DNA of 47,603 bases, taken from the NCBI GenBank assembly GCA_051942165.1, contig JAVECS010000013.1, positions 1 through 47,603 on the forward strand. Reading direction: 5' to 3'. Each line of letters opens with the position of its first letter. The first letter of the stretch is position 1. Source of the DNA: Circinaria calcarea (lineage: Eukaryota). Positions 1-12,919 of this stretch are shown in pieces. A program made the position numbers and the translations under genes. Under the pieces are notes generated by a model. It was not told where the DNA came from and did no database searches. It saw only the letters and a list, made by a program, of their open reading frames with translations.

Positions 1-200
1 AATTATTTCCCTTTTATTTTTATATAATAAGCGAAGCCTACGGTATAGTGGTAATAATAATATAACTCTAGCTTCAATCTTTATTATTTTTCAATCCACC
101 GTGATAATATATTAATAGAATATTATTTTTGATATTGGTAATTTACAATAAGGGGAGCCAAAACGGATGGATTTAGCAAAGAAAATACGCCCCACCAGCT

Positions 201-2284
201 TTACCCTAGAAGCATTTTCCGGGGGTCTTCAATGTACTCTTTAACCTAAGGTAGCGCGATCGTATGAGCCCTAGGAAAATAGCACTGAACGCATACAACA
301 TACCTTAACCAAAAACGTTACAGCTTCCCGTCCGTCCAAAAGACGATGATCGTAGGTGAGGGCGAGGTACATCATCTAAGAACAATGAGCATAACACTCC
401 GCAAACCACCATGTGTACGTAGAGAAGAGGTTGCTAACCGGCCTAATGTCAACCTTGCCATCGATCGCCACAGGCTTATCCTTGATAGCATGTAGCCCCA
501 ATACCGCTGTTCTGAATTAGTAAATTATTATCAATTTGTTCATGTTCGATCACCTGTTTGTGGCAAATTGATGATAGGCGTCCCCATCAGAGAGCCAAAT
601 ACCCCGCCCTATAGCCTAGTCAACAGCCAGTCTAGCAATTTAATAATCATACCATAGAAGATGTGTAGCCATACGTTACTGATAGTAAAGGTTCCGCCAG
701 CCATATCTTCAATGGTTAGTTTATTATCGCGAGCCTAAAATGCCTATTAGATGGCACAATGGCGCAAGGGAATAGTTATCGACCTTTTTCCCTAGAACAG
801 CAATTGCTTGTTCGATACCGACGAGATCTAGGGACTCTGTGTTGCGAACCACAGGAGTGACCAGACCTTTCTCTGTGGCGACAGCAACACTTATGTCGAC
901 GTAATCCCTGTATATAATGGTATCACCGCCGTTTGGCCCTTCGATAGATGCATTCACAGCCGGAAGATCCTTCATAGCCAGTACGCAAGCGCGAGAAAAT
1001 GCGCTCATGAATCCAAGCTTAACGCCGGTTTTCTTTAGGACCTCATCCTTATAGAGTTTTCTGAACTCTATGAGTGATGACATGTCTACCTCGTTGAACG
1101 TAGTGAGTGATGCCGCCGTATTCTGAGACTGCTTTAAGCGCTCTGCTATGCGTAATCGCATACGATTCATTTTCACCTTCGTTGCATATTAGTAAACGAC
1201 TGAGACCCGAGGACATATGTTGATACCCTTCTTTCTTCTCTATTTCCGAAAGGAATATCAGTACTGGTTTTTATTGGTTCAGGTGTCCTTGATTCTGCAG
1301 GCTTAGATGGCGTTTGGTCTTGCCTTGGAGGATCCTGCTTCATCGGATCTGATTTAGGGGGGTCTTGCTTCGGTTGACTTGGCTTGGATTCTGGCTTCGG
1401 AGGTGCTGTCTGCGGATCAGTTGGAGATGATGACGACGACGAGCTCTCTATCTCTGAAGTCTTCTCCTCCTTAGAAGGTGACGGGTCGGAGGAGGTAGCT
1501 TGAGAATCAGAAGCCGCAGCTTTTGTTTCCGAGCCAGCGTATTCCTTGTTTCCCTTTGCAGGAGCACCACCAAGTTCCATCTTTATTAGATCTTGTCCGA
1601 CTGTGACAGTATCCTCTTCGCTTGCAAGAAATTCTTTGATGGTACCAGCTTCAGGGGCATTAACAGCCACATCAATCTGAGTACAGAAGACTTAATCAGT
1701 AGAGCAATTGTGTACATTGGCCAATAGGTCATTGTATACCTTATCCGTCTCAATTGTTGCAATCTCCTCATCCTGCTCAACGTAATCGCCAATTTCTGCA
1801 ACATTCTTAGCACCCGCCATGACTGTCGCAAAACTAGATTATTTGTGAATGAGAGCTCGCTCACGCTTTGACCATTGTTTCAACGTCCCTTCAGAAATAG
1901 ATTCTGCCATCTCAGGTACCTTTACAATCTTATCCGCTGGTGTTAATTTGAAGTGAGTGGCTGAACTGCTAGACTTTGGCCGTGTAACAAACCGTAGAAT
2001 CTTACGGAAGGAAAGCTTGGTGTAGACCATGCTGGGCGGCGATGCAGCCTGATAGGTGTCATTTGTGCAAATCAGTTGGGAACAAGCATGAACTACCTCG
2101 ATCTGCCTTGGTAAAGAGAGCATGAGGCCTGCCTAATCTGCGTGTAGTTCCAGTTCCTAGCGGCTGGTGCCAGATTTCGTCCAGTAGAGATCTCAATAAA
2201 TCTGCAATGGGAGCTTGAGCTCGTCCATGGTTTTGTTTGGCGACCTCGGACAATTGCTCCTTTCATCACTTGCCGACTGGCCAT
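201..2284 (-). CDS. KGD2: Dihydrolipoamide succinyltransferase (E2 of 2-oxoglutarate dehydrogenase), multi-exon
   Basis: Arg/Ser-rich presequence (MASRQVMKG...), lipoyl domain ([13 protein letters not shown]...[15 protein letters not shown]), PEST-like linker, core ([29 protein letters not shown]) and C-terminal [33 protein letters not shown], with TAA at 201-203. Confidence 0.96.
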
Positions 2285-2645
2285 GACAACCTTGCAGCCA
2301 ATCCCAAGAGAATAGAACAGAGTAATGAAGAAGGAATTTATTTAGGGACTTTTGGATCACCGACTCATGTCTGCAGATGGGAGTTCGTGTAGGAGTCAAT
2401 ATGGTAGAAATCTGTTGCCGAGTTGGGGCCTCTCTACCTTGATCTTGGCCCTAAGGGGAATTTGGCGAATCCGATGTTATCTACTATATTCTACATCGCA
2501 CTCACTTCGAATGCAGTATAATAAATCTACGGCACCAACATCTTGCTGCTTGCCTGAGCTCGACGAAGTCGTTTTTGGTACCGCCATCAGAGTTACACGC
2601 AGCAGGCGCTTCCCAATTGAGCCGCTCAGAAGCCCCGTATTCGCC

Positions 2646-3162
2646 ATGGCGGGCAAGCAAGCGGTCTCGTCAGTCGAACCAAAGAGATCCTTAACAAGAG
2701 TTGTTCACTTACTACTTTTAGATCCCTCTACCGCCGTAGCTTGAAACTATCTCTAGATTGGGCCGTTCATCGGTCAATATGGCGTGGTCAAGCTTTGTAT
2801 ATCCGTTCCCTATTTGAAGCCAACAGAGACATCAGAGAACCGCGCCAGCTCAGGGTATGCTCGAGAGCTTGACTAGAGTGCGACGGATATCCCGTTCTAA
2901 TTACATCCAGGCACTGTTTCAAGAAGCCGAAGTTCTACTGGAAAAATGGAAACATCCAGATCCCTACCGTCCTCCCACAGCTCCCGGTGGTAGGTCATCT
3001 TACTTTTGTGTGAGCAACACAGCTTGCTAATCCATCCCCAGGCTCAAAATACGAAAGGAACATTCCCCCACCTATTTTGGATCGTAAGAATATCACTGTC
3101 TTCCAATCACGTCTGATCTGCCGCTGAGTCCACTCTTAGCGCCTCCACATATGACCTTATAG
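2646..3162 (+). CDS. NDUFB9: NADH:ubiquinone oxidoreductase B22 subunit (LYR-family complex I accessory subunit), 5 exons
   Basis: Manual splice gives MAGKQAVSSLYRRSLKLSLDWAVHRSIWRGQALYIRSLFEANRDIREPRQLRALFQEAEVLLEKWKHPDPYRPPTAPGGSKYERNIPPPILDPPPHMTL*. It has the LYR motif and the HPDPY..PTAPGGSKYERN signature. Absent from the ORF track because the exons are short. Confidence 0.93.
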
Positions 3163-3783
3163 CTCTAAGAGTTTCTATTACAGCGGGTGTATTTTCTGGC
3201 TCTTTGAAAGACGGTAGAATGTCATCGGTGTTGTAGCAGACAATTCGTCTAATCCCACAAAACTTGTGTGTTATAGAAGAATCACAGTGGTTGATCCAAA
3301 CCGGAAGACGTACAATCAACCTTTCCATATTGCACTCAACACAGTGTCCACGAAAGTCAATACAAGCAAATGCGGCACTTACTCGATGAGCATCTCTGGT
3401 GAGCAGTTCGTTACTTCTGATAGTATAGATGGGAAGTCTCGGTTTCATGCTCGTGATCCAAACGAACCTTATACTGTGCTAGACCAAATTCCAAGTACGG
3501 ATTATTGACGGAGGTGAAAATTGACGTTTGAATTTTTAAAGGTCTCGAAAAATTGCTAAATCCCAGTAATGATTGGCCACAACATGCGCATGTTGTGAAA
3601 TGGAACGAGCATGTATGACTACTGATGTCAGTGGTATGATCAGATTCATGGATATTTAAAATTCTGCCATGGCCATGGGCTTAATGTACATCCCAGAGCG
3701 CAAGCAAAGCCGTAAACCAGGTTCCCCCCAGACCCCATTAACAATTGAAAGCAACCAAGACCAAAGAAAATCCGTCCTAGAAC

Positions 3784-4436
3784 CTATAGTTCTTGACTGG
3801 CAGTTTTTCCACCTTTGGTTGTTTTCTTAGGTAGAAGATCTGTGAATAGGAATTAGTGGTTGCTTGAGTGGCCCATGTAAAATGACTTACTTTGATGGAT
3901 GTTAGGTAGAACACCGCCCTGTGCAATTGTGACATGCCCAAGCAGCTTGTTCAACTCCTCATCGTTGCGGATGGCGAGTTGGAGATGACGAGGGATGATA
4001 CGGGTTTTCTTGTTGTCACGAGCAGCATTTCCCGCCAGTTCGAGGATTTCGGCGGCTAGATATTCGAGGACAGCGGCGAGGTAAACTGGTGCGCCTAGGT
4101 GGAATGAGCATCGAAATAGGCGACAGGTGATGAGCACAGGCATACCTGCACCGACACGCTGAGCATAGTTGCCCTTTCTCAACAGGCGGTGGACGCGACC
4201 AACAGGAAATGCAAGTCCAGCTTTTGACGAACGACTGATGGAATATGTCAGTACAACCCAAGCCTGGTATCGATATCCACCGTATAAGTTGTGAATAAAG
4301 TGACAGAATGAGGCCAGCACCCACAAAGCGCAGAGCAAAGACGTTTAAGACTCGGTCGATACCAGCAAGGGAGTGAGACCTACGATTGCGCGTTCTTACT
4401 GCCGCTGGCTTTTCCTCCAGATTTCCCTCCAGTCAT
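3784..4436 (-). CDS. HTA1: Histone H2A, 4 exons
   Basis: [96 protein letters not shown]...; C-terminal SQEL (gamma-H2A SQ motif). Confidence 0.98.
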
Positions 4437-4964
4437 TTTGGTGGTTCTACTTAAAAGTCGAGTTGAAATTGGTTGAATTGAATGAGAGGTCCGGATGGAG
4501 TGATTTTTAATGGTGACTGACACAACGGGTGGGAATGATGAAGAGGAAGAATGGATGAAAAGGCGAAGATGAATGGGGGCAGCTGAGGATTAAGTAGTTG
4601 TAGCGCGATCAGTAATGATTTTGCGTGGTGTTGATGCTCGCTTAGTCATACTCACCTATCACAGCTTCGCGGTCACTTTCGGGCGCGAATACCACTAGCT
4701 TGGATACTTTTTGTGGTGAATCGAACGCTCGCTTAGCCTGACACTGAGATTGGGAGGGGGACGCGGCAAAGGAATCACGACCCTCGCCAGCTACTATAAG
4801 TTCGTCCAACACCCCCAAACCTTCTCTCCTTCTTTCATCTGTCCATCCACCAACGTACCTATCGCGCACACCTTCCTCAACTCAACCCATCTTCAATCCC
4901 ATCTCTCATCACTACCATCGATCCAAATTTGCATTTTTCTTCTTCTCCTGCAAGTTCACCCGAA
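4437..4964. promoter_or_regulatory. Bidirectional H2A/H2B promoter region
   Basis: 528 bp between the divergent start codons. Several CGCG cores (e.g. 4604, 4684) resemble MCB/SCB elements. Pyrimidine-rich leaders on both sides. Confidence 0.7.
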
Positions 4965-5611
<647 letters not shown>

Positions 5612-6129
5612 AGCGCCCCCTTTTCGGCCCTTTTCGCACTTTCTCTCGGGGGTTTGACGAGTGTGCCCATGGCAATGGGCAGCCGGTTGATATTCATGGA
5701 GTTCAACGGGATTTCTAATGCATTTATGGGATGGCTTCATGGGGCCAATTAGTTGCACTGAGTGCCTGTGAAAAGGCAAGCTTGCTACTGTACATTACAC
5801 ATCCAATAAAGCATCGATGAATGACATTTCCGCCGAGCGTGAACAAAAGTCCTATCTGTCTTACTGAAAAGCTGCAAAGTTGATATAGGGGTTTTGATCG
5901 AATATACTAATCGTGGTTAATACTGGATATTACGATTCATGGTAGTATGAAACTTGTCTTTGTATTTGAATATGACAGCCTCCCGGATAGGTTGACAGAA
6001 AACCTATCCTTATGGAACAACTGAGAATCCTAGTGCATGGGTTGTAGAGCGCTTGATGCTCAAACAATAAGCTGACTGTTATTGCATACTAAAAATATAC
6101 ATGTGCGTAAAGAGCACTGATCACGTCCG

Positions 6130-7645
6130 TCATATTTCTGGACGGTCTATCAGTTCCCCGTCACCTTCCCCGTGAACTCCGTTCATTCCATCGTCGTCGT
6201 CATCGAAGGTTTCTACCTCGTCGATCGCGGTCGCCCGCTCAGTTGTATGCCCATGCAAAGCTGGCTCCGAATCCGCAACATGAACGACAGCCTTTCCATG
6301 CGGTTGGCTGATGGCATTTCTCCAGCTCCCCCAATCCGCTTCATCCTGGATAAGAAAGGCAATTAACATACTGGGATCCATATCTTTGATGTGAAGCCGG
6401 CGTAATCTCCTAGTATGGTAAGATTCTATGTCTTCCATTGAATATCCTCTACCATTCTCATAAAAGGGCAACGCTGATCGAGTCTGATGTGGATCAAGAT
6501 AGAAAAATTTATTCCCCTGCGCTCCAACGAAATAGTGTGAGGAAGAGGGACGGCCGCTAGCTAGAAGTTTAGTGTAGAATCCTGTGCGAGGGAAGGAAGA
6601 CCGACCCTGCAATCCCCACTGACTGAGAAACCTGCACTAGTTGCTTAAGTGCTTCCCAATATACCTGTGTGATTCGATCTATGCCTAATCTGATGCCTAC
6701 CAAGATAAGGACAGGGTGGAATGTGTCGTTGTCAGGCTTTGCTAACTTAAAAAAGCTATCTTCGTAAACATCGGCGCCGTCGCCGGTTAGGTAAACCTTC
6801 AGTTCGTCCGGTATGTGTTCCCGGGATAGGGCCCTGTCTATGATAAGCTATAAGGGCATAAATATCAAATCAACCTATCTTACTGAATACATCTAGCAGT
6901 AGCTGAGGGCCCAAACCATTCACCAGGATGCTTACCACAGGCAGAAGCTCCATGCTGGACAAAATTATGTACCGAGAATGGGGCTCTTGGGTCATCCGCA
7001 AAGAGAGCTACAAGTTGTTGCTCATCTTCCATTCGCGTACCGCGCTTAAACTCTGTCTGGCATAAGTTGACCATTCGTGATTGCAAGCACAATGGAATGC
7101 GCACCTCTCCCAAATCGGAGTATCCCCAGCGCATTAGCCAGCAGACTTTGGCCCGAGCGTATCATACAGCCCCACCCCGTGTCCGACGTGAATCCCCCTT
7201 GGTCGATGAGCTGACTTCGCAATCTCACTGACAGACTCATAGCGGATGATGCAGTCGGATCAGAGGATCTCTTGATGGGTGGGAACCCGGAACGGTATGT
7301 GAACCAGAACCTCGATTCAAAGTCGTCCAGGAAATTCGGAGGCCAGGCCCCGACATCTTCAGCTTCACCAGACTCCGTCCGTGTCTTGTCTCCGGAAGGG
7401 TCTCCGGCGTCCTTACTCGTGTCTTTCGTGGTTGGGAACTGCAAAGGTGGCAAATCATTCGCCTGTGTTTGTAGATCCCTCGTTGTCCGTTCTGAAGGAT
7501 GGGCCAAGTCTACGGGTCGCGCGTTTGGCGCATATTGTTTGCCCAAGCACCAAATGGGTGACTTGGAGAGGTCATCGTTCTTTGGTGCAGGATCCCAAAA
7601 TAACTGGACGATCCTCTTGTAGCGGCCAAAGTCGACGTTCGCCAT
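6130..7645 (-). CDS. ATG4: Cysteine protease Atg4 (peptidase C54)
   Basis: FWFTYRSGF, catalytic [47 protein letters not shown] (Asp/His), MDPSML. Confidence 0.96.
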
Positions 7646-8167
7646 GGTGTAGGAAGAGAGAAATGAGGGATTTTATAGCGTGTATCCAGCAAGATGGAGC
7701 TTGTTTGAAGGCAGTATCAGGGTGTGGTGTTGCCGTAGGTAGAATGGCCGTTGGACCGGTTGCTGGATTGTGATGTGTAAGAGTGGAATAGAGATGAAGC
7801 ATGTGCTGCATCCCAAGTTGCCCACGAAGCCATGAAGCTATGTCATGTTTCAGTCGTACTGGAATGTCATGGCTAAAGATGTGCAGGTCAGACAATACTG
7901 GTACCACTTACGAGCAGAAACAATCAGCTGGATGCGATGAGGGACAGTGGATATCAGCAATCAGGCGCGCGCAGGGATGACCACGTCTAAATCGGACGCT
8001 AACGAACTGGGTAAGCAGGGATTGCTCCGTACTCTGTACTGGTAATTGTTTACTTGAACGTTCGTTGCAGACACCCAGGACCGTCTATCATTTCCAGCAT
8101 CTCTGTTTGCTACCTGAAGCATCAAGGTCACCGTCGGTGACCACCAGCGGTCTCTTCTAGTCTCGCA

Positions 8168-10637
8168 ATGCCAAGAAGGAAGAAAGGCAAGGCTGCGAAC
8201 AGTCCCAATATCAACCCAACGGCGTTCGTGGATGAATATGACCTTGCGCATCCAAGACGGCTCGGGCAGCGTAACCCTCGTGAAAATAGTATGACTAGGC
8301 AATTGCTATTGGAGTTGTGCCCCAAACGTCCACTAATCATCCGGTAGGTGCGTTTCCGCGACAATTTTCATTACAGGAAGAGGCTCGAAACACTGAACGT
8401 CACCGCTCTTGGAACTCAGATCTTAAACTCCGCCATGCCCAAGTCAAATTTGTTAGTGCCACTGGGGCAGAGTCGAAGGAGCCAACTGATACGGAAGCGA
8501 GCATGCACCGTGCTTCCTTTTCGTCCATAGACAAGCCCAAGAAGGCTACTGCAGAAGACTTTCCAAAGCCATATACGAGTAGGCTGATCTTGAACAATCC
8601 CATCAGTTTTACAATCCCGGTCGGGACGATGGACAAACCAAGTCCTCCTGTAGACTACGTTGATAGTGTCGCGAAAGACGGAAAAACGGGGATTCAGAAT
8701 GCTGATGAGATGGGCGAAATTAATGGACTGTTTGCCACAGACACAAGTGGGTTTCCTCATTTTGTGCAGACCGGTCTACCTTCACCCCTAATTCCACGAT
8801 CCCCTTCTCCCACTGGATCCAATTCGAGTGAAGAAGTTATAATCTTTAGCGGGAGAGCCAGATCGCAGCAGAGACGCCCAGAGGTTCTGGTCGATCCAGC
8901 GGTCTTTAATCCTCTTACACTAACGAATGCCTCCAAATCTCATCCACGAACAAGCAATCTCCGTGAAGCCGGGATACCGAAACCGTCACAGCGGCTTAAG
9001 AGGCGGTCTACAGGAATGCGAGATATACAAGATGATAAAGAGGTGCTGGCAGACTACATCGCCAATGTTCAGACAGGTGGGCAGATCGAGGAATTAACTG
9101 TCAGTCATTCATTAAATGGACGCGGACTTGGCTGCTTTGACAACAATGTTTGGGAAGATGAAGCGGATATATCTTCAATCGATGTGGAATTCGAAAGACT
9201 CCTAGAAAATGACACGGAAGCTGATTGGAGCGAAGGGGATCTAAATGATTTCGACGAGCTAAGTACCTCAAACGAGATATTAAGTGAGGTATCGCACGTT
9301 CTTTCAAAGCGCGAGAGACCATCCGGTCTTCAATATCTTATCGTTTGCGAAGGCTACACGTTCGATGAAGCAAAATGGATTCCTCTATCATCACTCGATA
9401 CCCCGAGGGCTCAGGATCTAATAATTCAATTCAACAAAAGTACAGAAATAGTTAAGCTGTCACCCTTAAGTAGCCGAGGCACAGATGTTGCATCAAACCT
9501 GGGAGAATTCGCAGCCCTGGATCTTGAGGAGGCTTTAGATGACTTGCGCAACGAAGAGGACCTGTTGAAGCGGAAACAGGATCGGATGACTGACGAGCAA
9601 ATAGCAAGGTTACTTTCAAAGCAGGAGGAACTTGGCCTAGGTTCAGATGAGCTGGTGCTTTTTAATGGGGATGAGAGTTCAGGAACGAGCAATGTGGATA
9701 ATCTCGACATTCTCCGTAAAGATGCTATGAGGTTCAGCATGACGGGTGGTAGGAGGATGGGACGAAATCGAGATGCCTTCGACCACACAGGTGCTTTTAT
9801 AGACACACTTTACCAAGATCCTTATGGCGACTTTGATATCATGGATCAGAATCGTCCCAGCTTGAGGCGGAAATCAAAGGGCCACCGTGGCATGCAACCA
9901 TTTGAACTTTCGGATACAGAACTTGCGAACACTATGAACTTAAATTGGGAGAAGAACCGTGAGAAAAAGAAGATGCGCAAGGTAGCACGTGAGGAACTCC
10001 GTACCCAAGGTTTGCTTACCAAGAAAGATAATGTCGACATGAAAGCCAAGTACCCAGAAGGCATGTCTTACGGTGATATCAAGAACGAGATCAGGAGCTT
10101 CATGCTCTCCGCCTCCGAGAGGTAAAGCTTACTTCATCCTGTTTGCGGCCTTCTCTAACTTCACATAGTTTCCCATTACCGCCAATGGATAAGAAAGATC
10201 GAAAACTGGTCCACGATATTGCTAATGTCTTCAAGCTCAAATCCAAGTCAGTTGGAGATGGTAATTCTCGGTTCCCAGTTCTTTACAAAACGTCTCGAAG
10301 TATTCGGTATAGCGAAGATATGATTCTGAGAGTCGACGCTCAGTTATCCCGGAAACACTTCTTCCCGCGCATGGATAAGCGAGGTAAAGCAGGGCCGGCC
10401 ACACGTAAAAGAGTTGGCCGAGGTCGTGGCGGTGGCAGCGCGGGTACTGCTGTTTCCTACAAGGACGGTGAGATTGTTGGAGGGACGGCTCCTGAACTGG
10501 GGACGGAGAATAGAGGCAGGGCTATGCTGGAGAAGATGGGTTGGAGCAGCGGAACTGCCTTGGGCGCCTTAAACAACAAAGGTATCATGCACCCTGTCGT
10601 CCATATTGTGAAGACTACAAAGGCTGGCTTGGGCTAG
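8168..10637 (+). CDS. SQS1: R3H and G-patch domain protein (Sqs1/Pfa1-like Prp43 cofactor), 3 exons
   Basis: R3H (PPMDKKDRKLVHDIANVFKLKSKSVGDG) and C-terminal G-patch (ENRGRAMLEKMGWSSGTALGALNNKGIMHPV...KAGLG). First exon MPRRKKGK... at 8168 splices in frame into ORF 8317. Confidence 0.88.
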
Positions 10638-11098
10638 GACTCGGCGGAGCTTGTTTCGTATTTGAGGAGTCATCGCACGGAGCTCCAACCCATGACACGG
10701 CGGGTGTTGTCTGCAGAGTCTGGAAACCGATGGTCTTCAAAACCTCCATAAACAGACTGGCTTGTATTGCTACAACTCCGATCCTCAAATATCATCTGGG
10801 AGTAAAAAGACGGTAGTTTATGGCGGGTCAGTGAATTATCTGAGATTGCAACTAGTTATTACAAGCTTCAGATGGCTAGCGACCGTGTGCGTGTAAAAAT
10901 GACAATAATCTATTCGAGAAACTTGGTTTCTCGGCTAGAAGAATATAATAGGGTGGACGATTGACTGTGGGTTCCTGGAGACGACAGCCACTATGCTTCC
11001 AGGAATCTCTCTACTCCGTATTGCGGAAGCTCCACTCTTCAACGATATGATCATCTAATGCTCGCCCGGCCATATAGTGTGGCCTCCAAAAGCCGTAT

Positions 11099-12919
11099 TC
11101 AACTTTTGCCCAACTTCGCTGCCCCCTTTCCATTTTTAGGCACAGGTTGCGCATGCCCAAGGTCTTTGATGTGATTGAACAAGCGCGTCTTGCTTGGAAA
11201 TATTGCTTGGCAAGTGACACAGAGATACTTGTGCTTTCGTTAGCCAGTGCCTCAGTCTCGGTGAAGACGCACTTACATCTTGCGGGGAATCTTCGACGAA
11301 AATGCCCTTCTTCGCTGCCTTCTTTGCTCGCTTTACTTTCGCCTTCCCTGGTTTTGGTCGCGAAGTTGAGGAGTCCTCACCAGCCGGAGATATCAAGTCA
11401 GGATCTTGGGAAGCCTCAAAGTCACTCTGTCCCACAAGGGGATGTCGCGACGACAATGGGACTGCTTCGCACCGTCCCAGTATACGCTCTTGAATATGCT
11501 CCCGAGAAGCATAGTCGTCATTTGATTCCGATAATGCTGCATCCTCCACCAATGATCCATCATCGGTTCGCAGATGCAGATTTTGCGTGCGAGCCATCTC
11601 CCACGAGTGCCGATTAGAGCCAACGGACTCTTCACTAGACTCGATGGGTTCAGCCGGCGCGTTTTTGGAGACGGATGGGGTCCGTCTGTCAACGTTGATA
11701 GGAGTATCAGCAAGGTCTATGTCGCCCAAGCCATTTTCCAGAGCTGCCAAGCCAGGGATTTCGACGCCAGCGTTAATGGGGCCGAACCTACCTACCTCCA
11801 TTCGCATTTCCTTCCGAATTTGTTGGACAGCTTTGATATGCTTTTTGCTTTTCTCGTGTGCTTCGTACTGTTTCTCACTTTTGAAGGTCTTCTTACATAC
11901 AACACATTCGAAGTGCTCATGCTCCTCTTCAGGCTCTTCTTCGGTATCCGCGTGGTCGGCTGCTGTCTCCACATTTGTCCAGTCGGGCACAATTTGCTCC
12001 TCTAGCTTCGCTTGATTGGAGGCCCGAGACCTGGCAGCCTGCGCCGCAGCCGCATCCCTCAAGATCTTGTGACGGTCTGCCTCAGTCCGAGAATATGGTA
12101 TGTACCGTGGATCGCGTTTTCGGACAAAGGTGACCAAGGACCTCACAGCATCATTAAACTCTCTGATACCTTCATCTCGAAGCCGTTTGTTCTCCTTCTC
12201 CATCATGCGCCGTACACGTCTATCCGGTGCTTCGCTGTATCTGTATACATCCTTCCAGGAAAAGGACTTCTTGGTCGCAAAACCACCCCAGAACGCGTAA
12301 AACGGGCGCGCGACATCTTCGTAGCTATCTTTGGCAGACCCGAAGGTCGGATACTCTATCTGGTCCAGGTCCTCCCAGTCACAGGCTAACCGTTCCTCCC
12401 GAGCAAGAGCGTCAAAGGAATCTCGAATGGTGTTGTAGAATCCTGATGGCGAGTCCGAATAGTCGAGTCGACCGTTGAGGCGGACGAACATACCCAAAAT
12501 GTCTTCTGTTGTGGTGACTCGAACATTATGCTCATAGTGCTCACTGGTAGGACCGCCTTCAGTCCGTAAAAGGGTATCCCTATGCGAGTCATACCAAGCT
12601 CTCTCGTGCGGGTCCGATAGCACCTCATACGCCGATTGAACTTCTGCGAATAGCTTGGTCGAATTTTCGATGTTGCCATAATTGCGATCCGGGTGTAGCT
12701 CTAATGCTTTTCTACGATAGGCTTTCTTGATCCTAAGCCATAGTCAGCGCAAGCGCGGGGGATACAGCGATACCGCGAGAGAAGCTCTTACACATCATCC
12801 GAAGCATGACGATCGATGCCGAGAAGTTCATAATAGCATGTCTTGATACCGGCGTTGGCTCCACCTAACCCGCCCGTCTCTGTGTCACCACTGCCGGGTG
12901 TGGACTGGTTTGCCCCCAT
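11099..12919 (-). CDS. JJJ1: J-domain co-chaperone with C2H2 zinc fingers (Jjj1/DNAJC21), 3 exons
   Basis: J domain CYYELLG...AYRRKALELHPDR...LSDPHERAWYD; zuotin-like RRVRRMMEKENKRLR...FVRKRDPR; C2H2 CVVCKKTFKSEKQYEAHEKSKKH; second finger CVTCQAIFPSKTRLFNHIKDLGH. Confidence 0.92.

Noticed and set aside
3107..3508. ORFs 3107..3448(-) and 3266..3508(+) between NDUFB9 and H2A
   Set aside because: No recognisable motifs; they lie in the convergent 3'-UTR zone and are likely chance ORFs.
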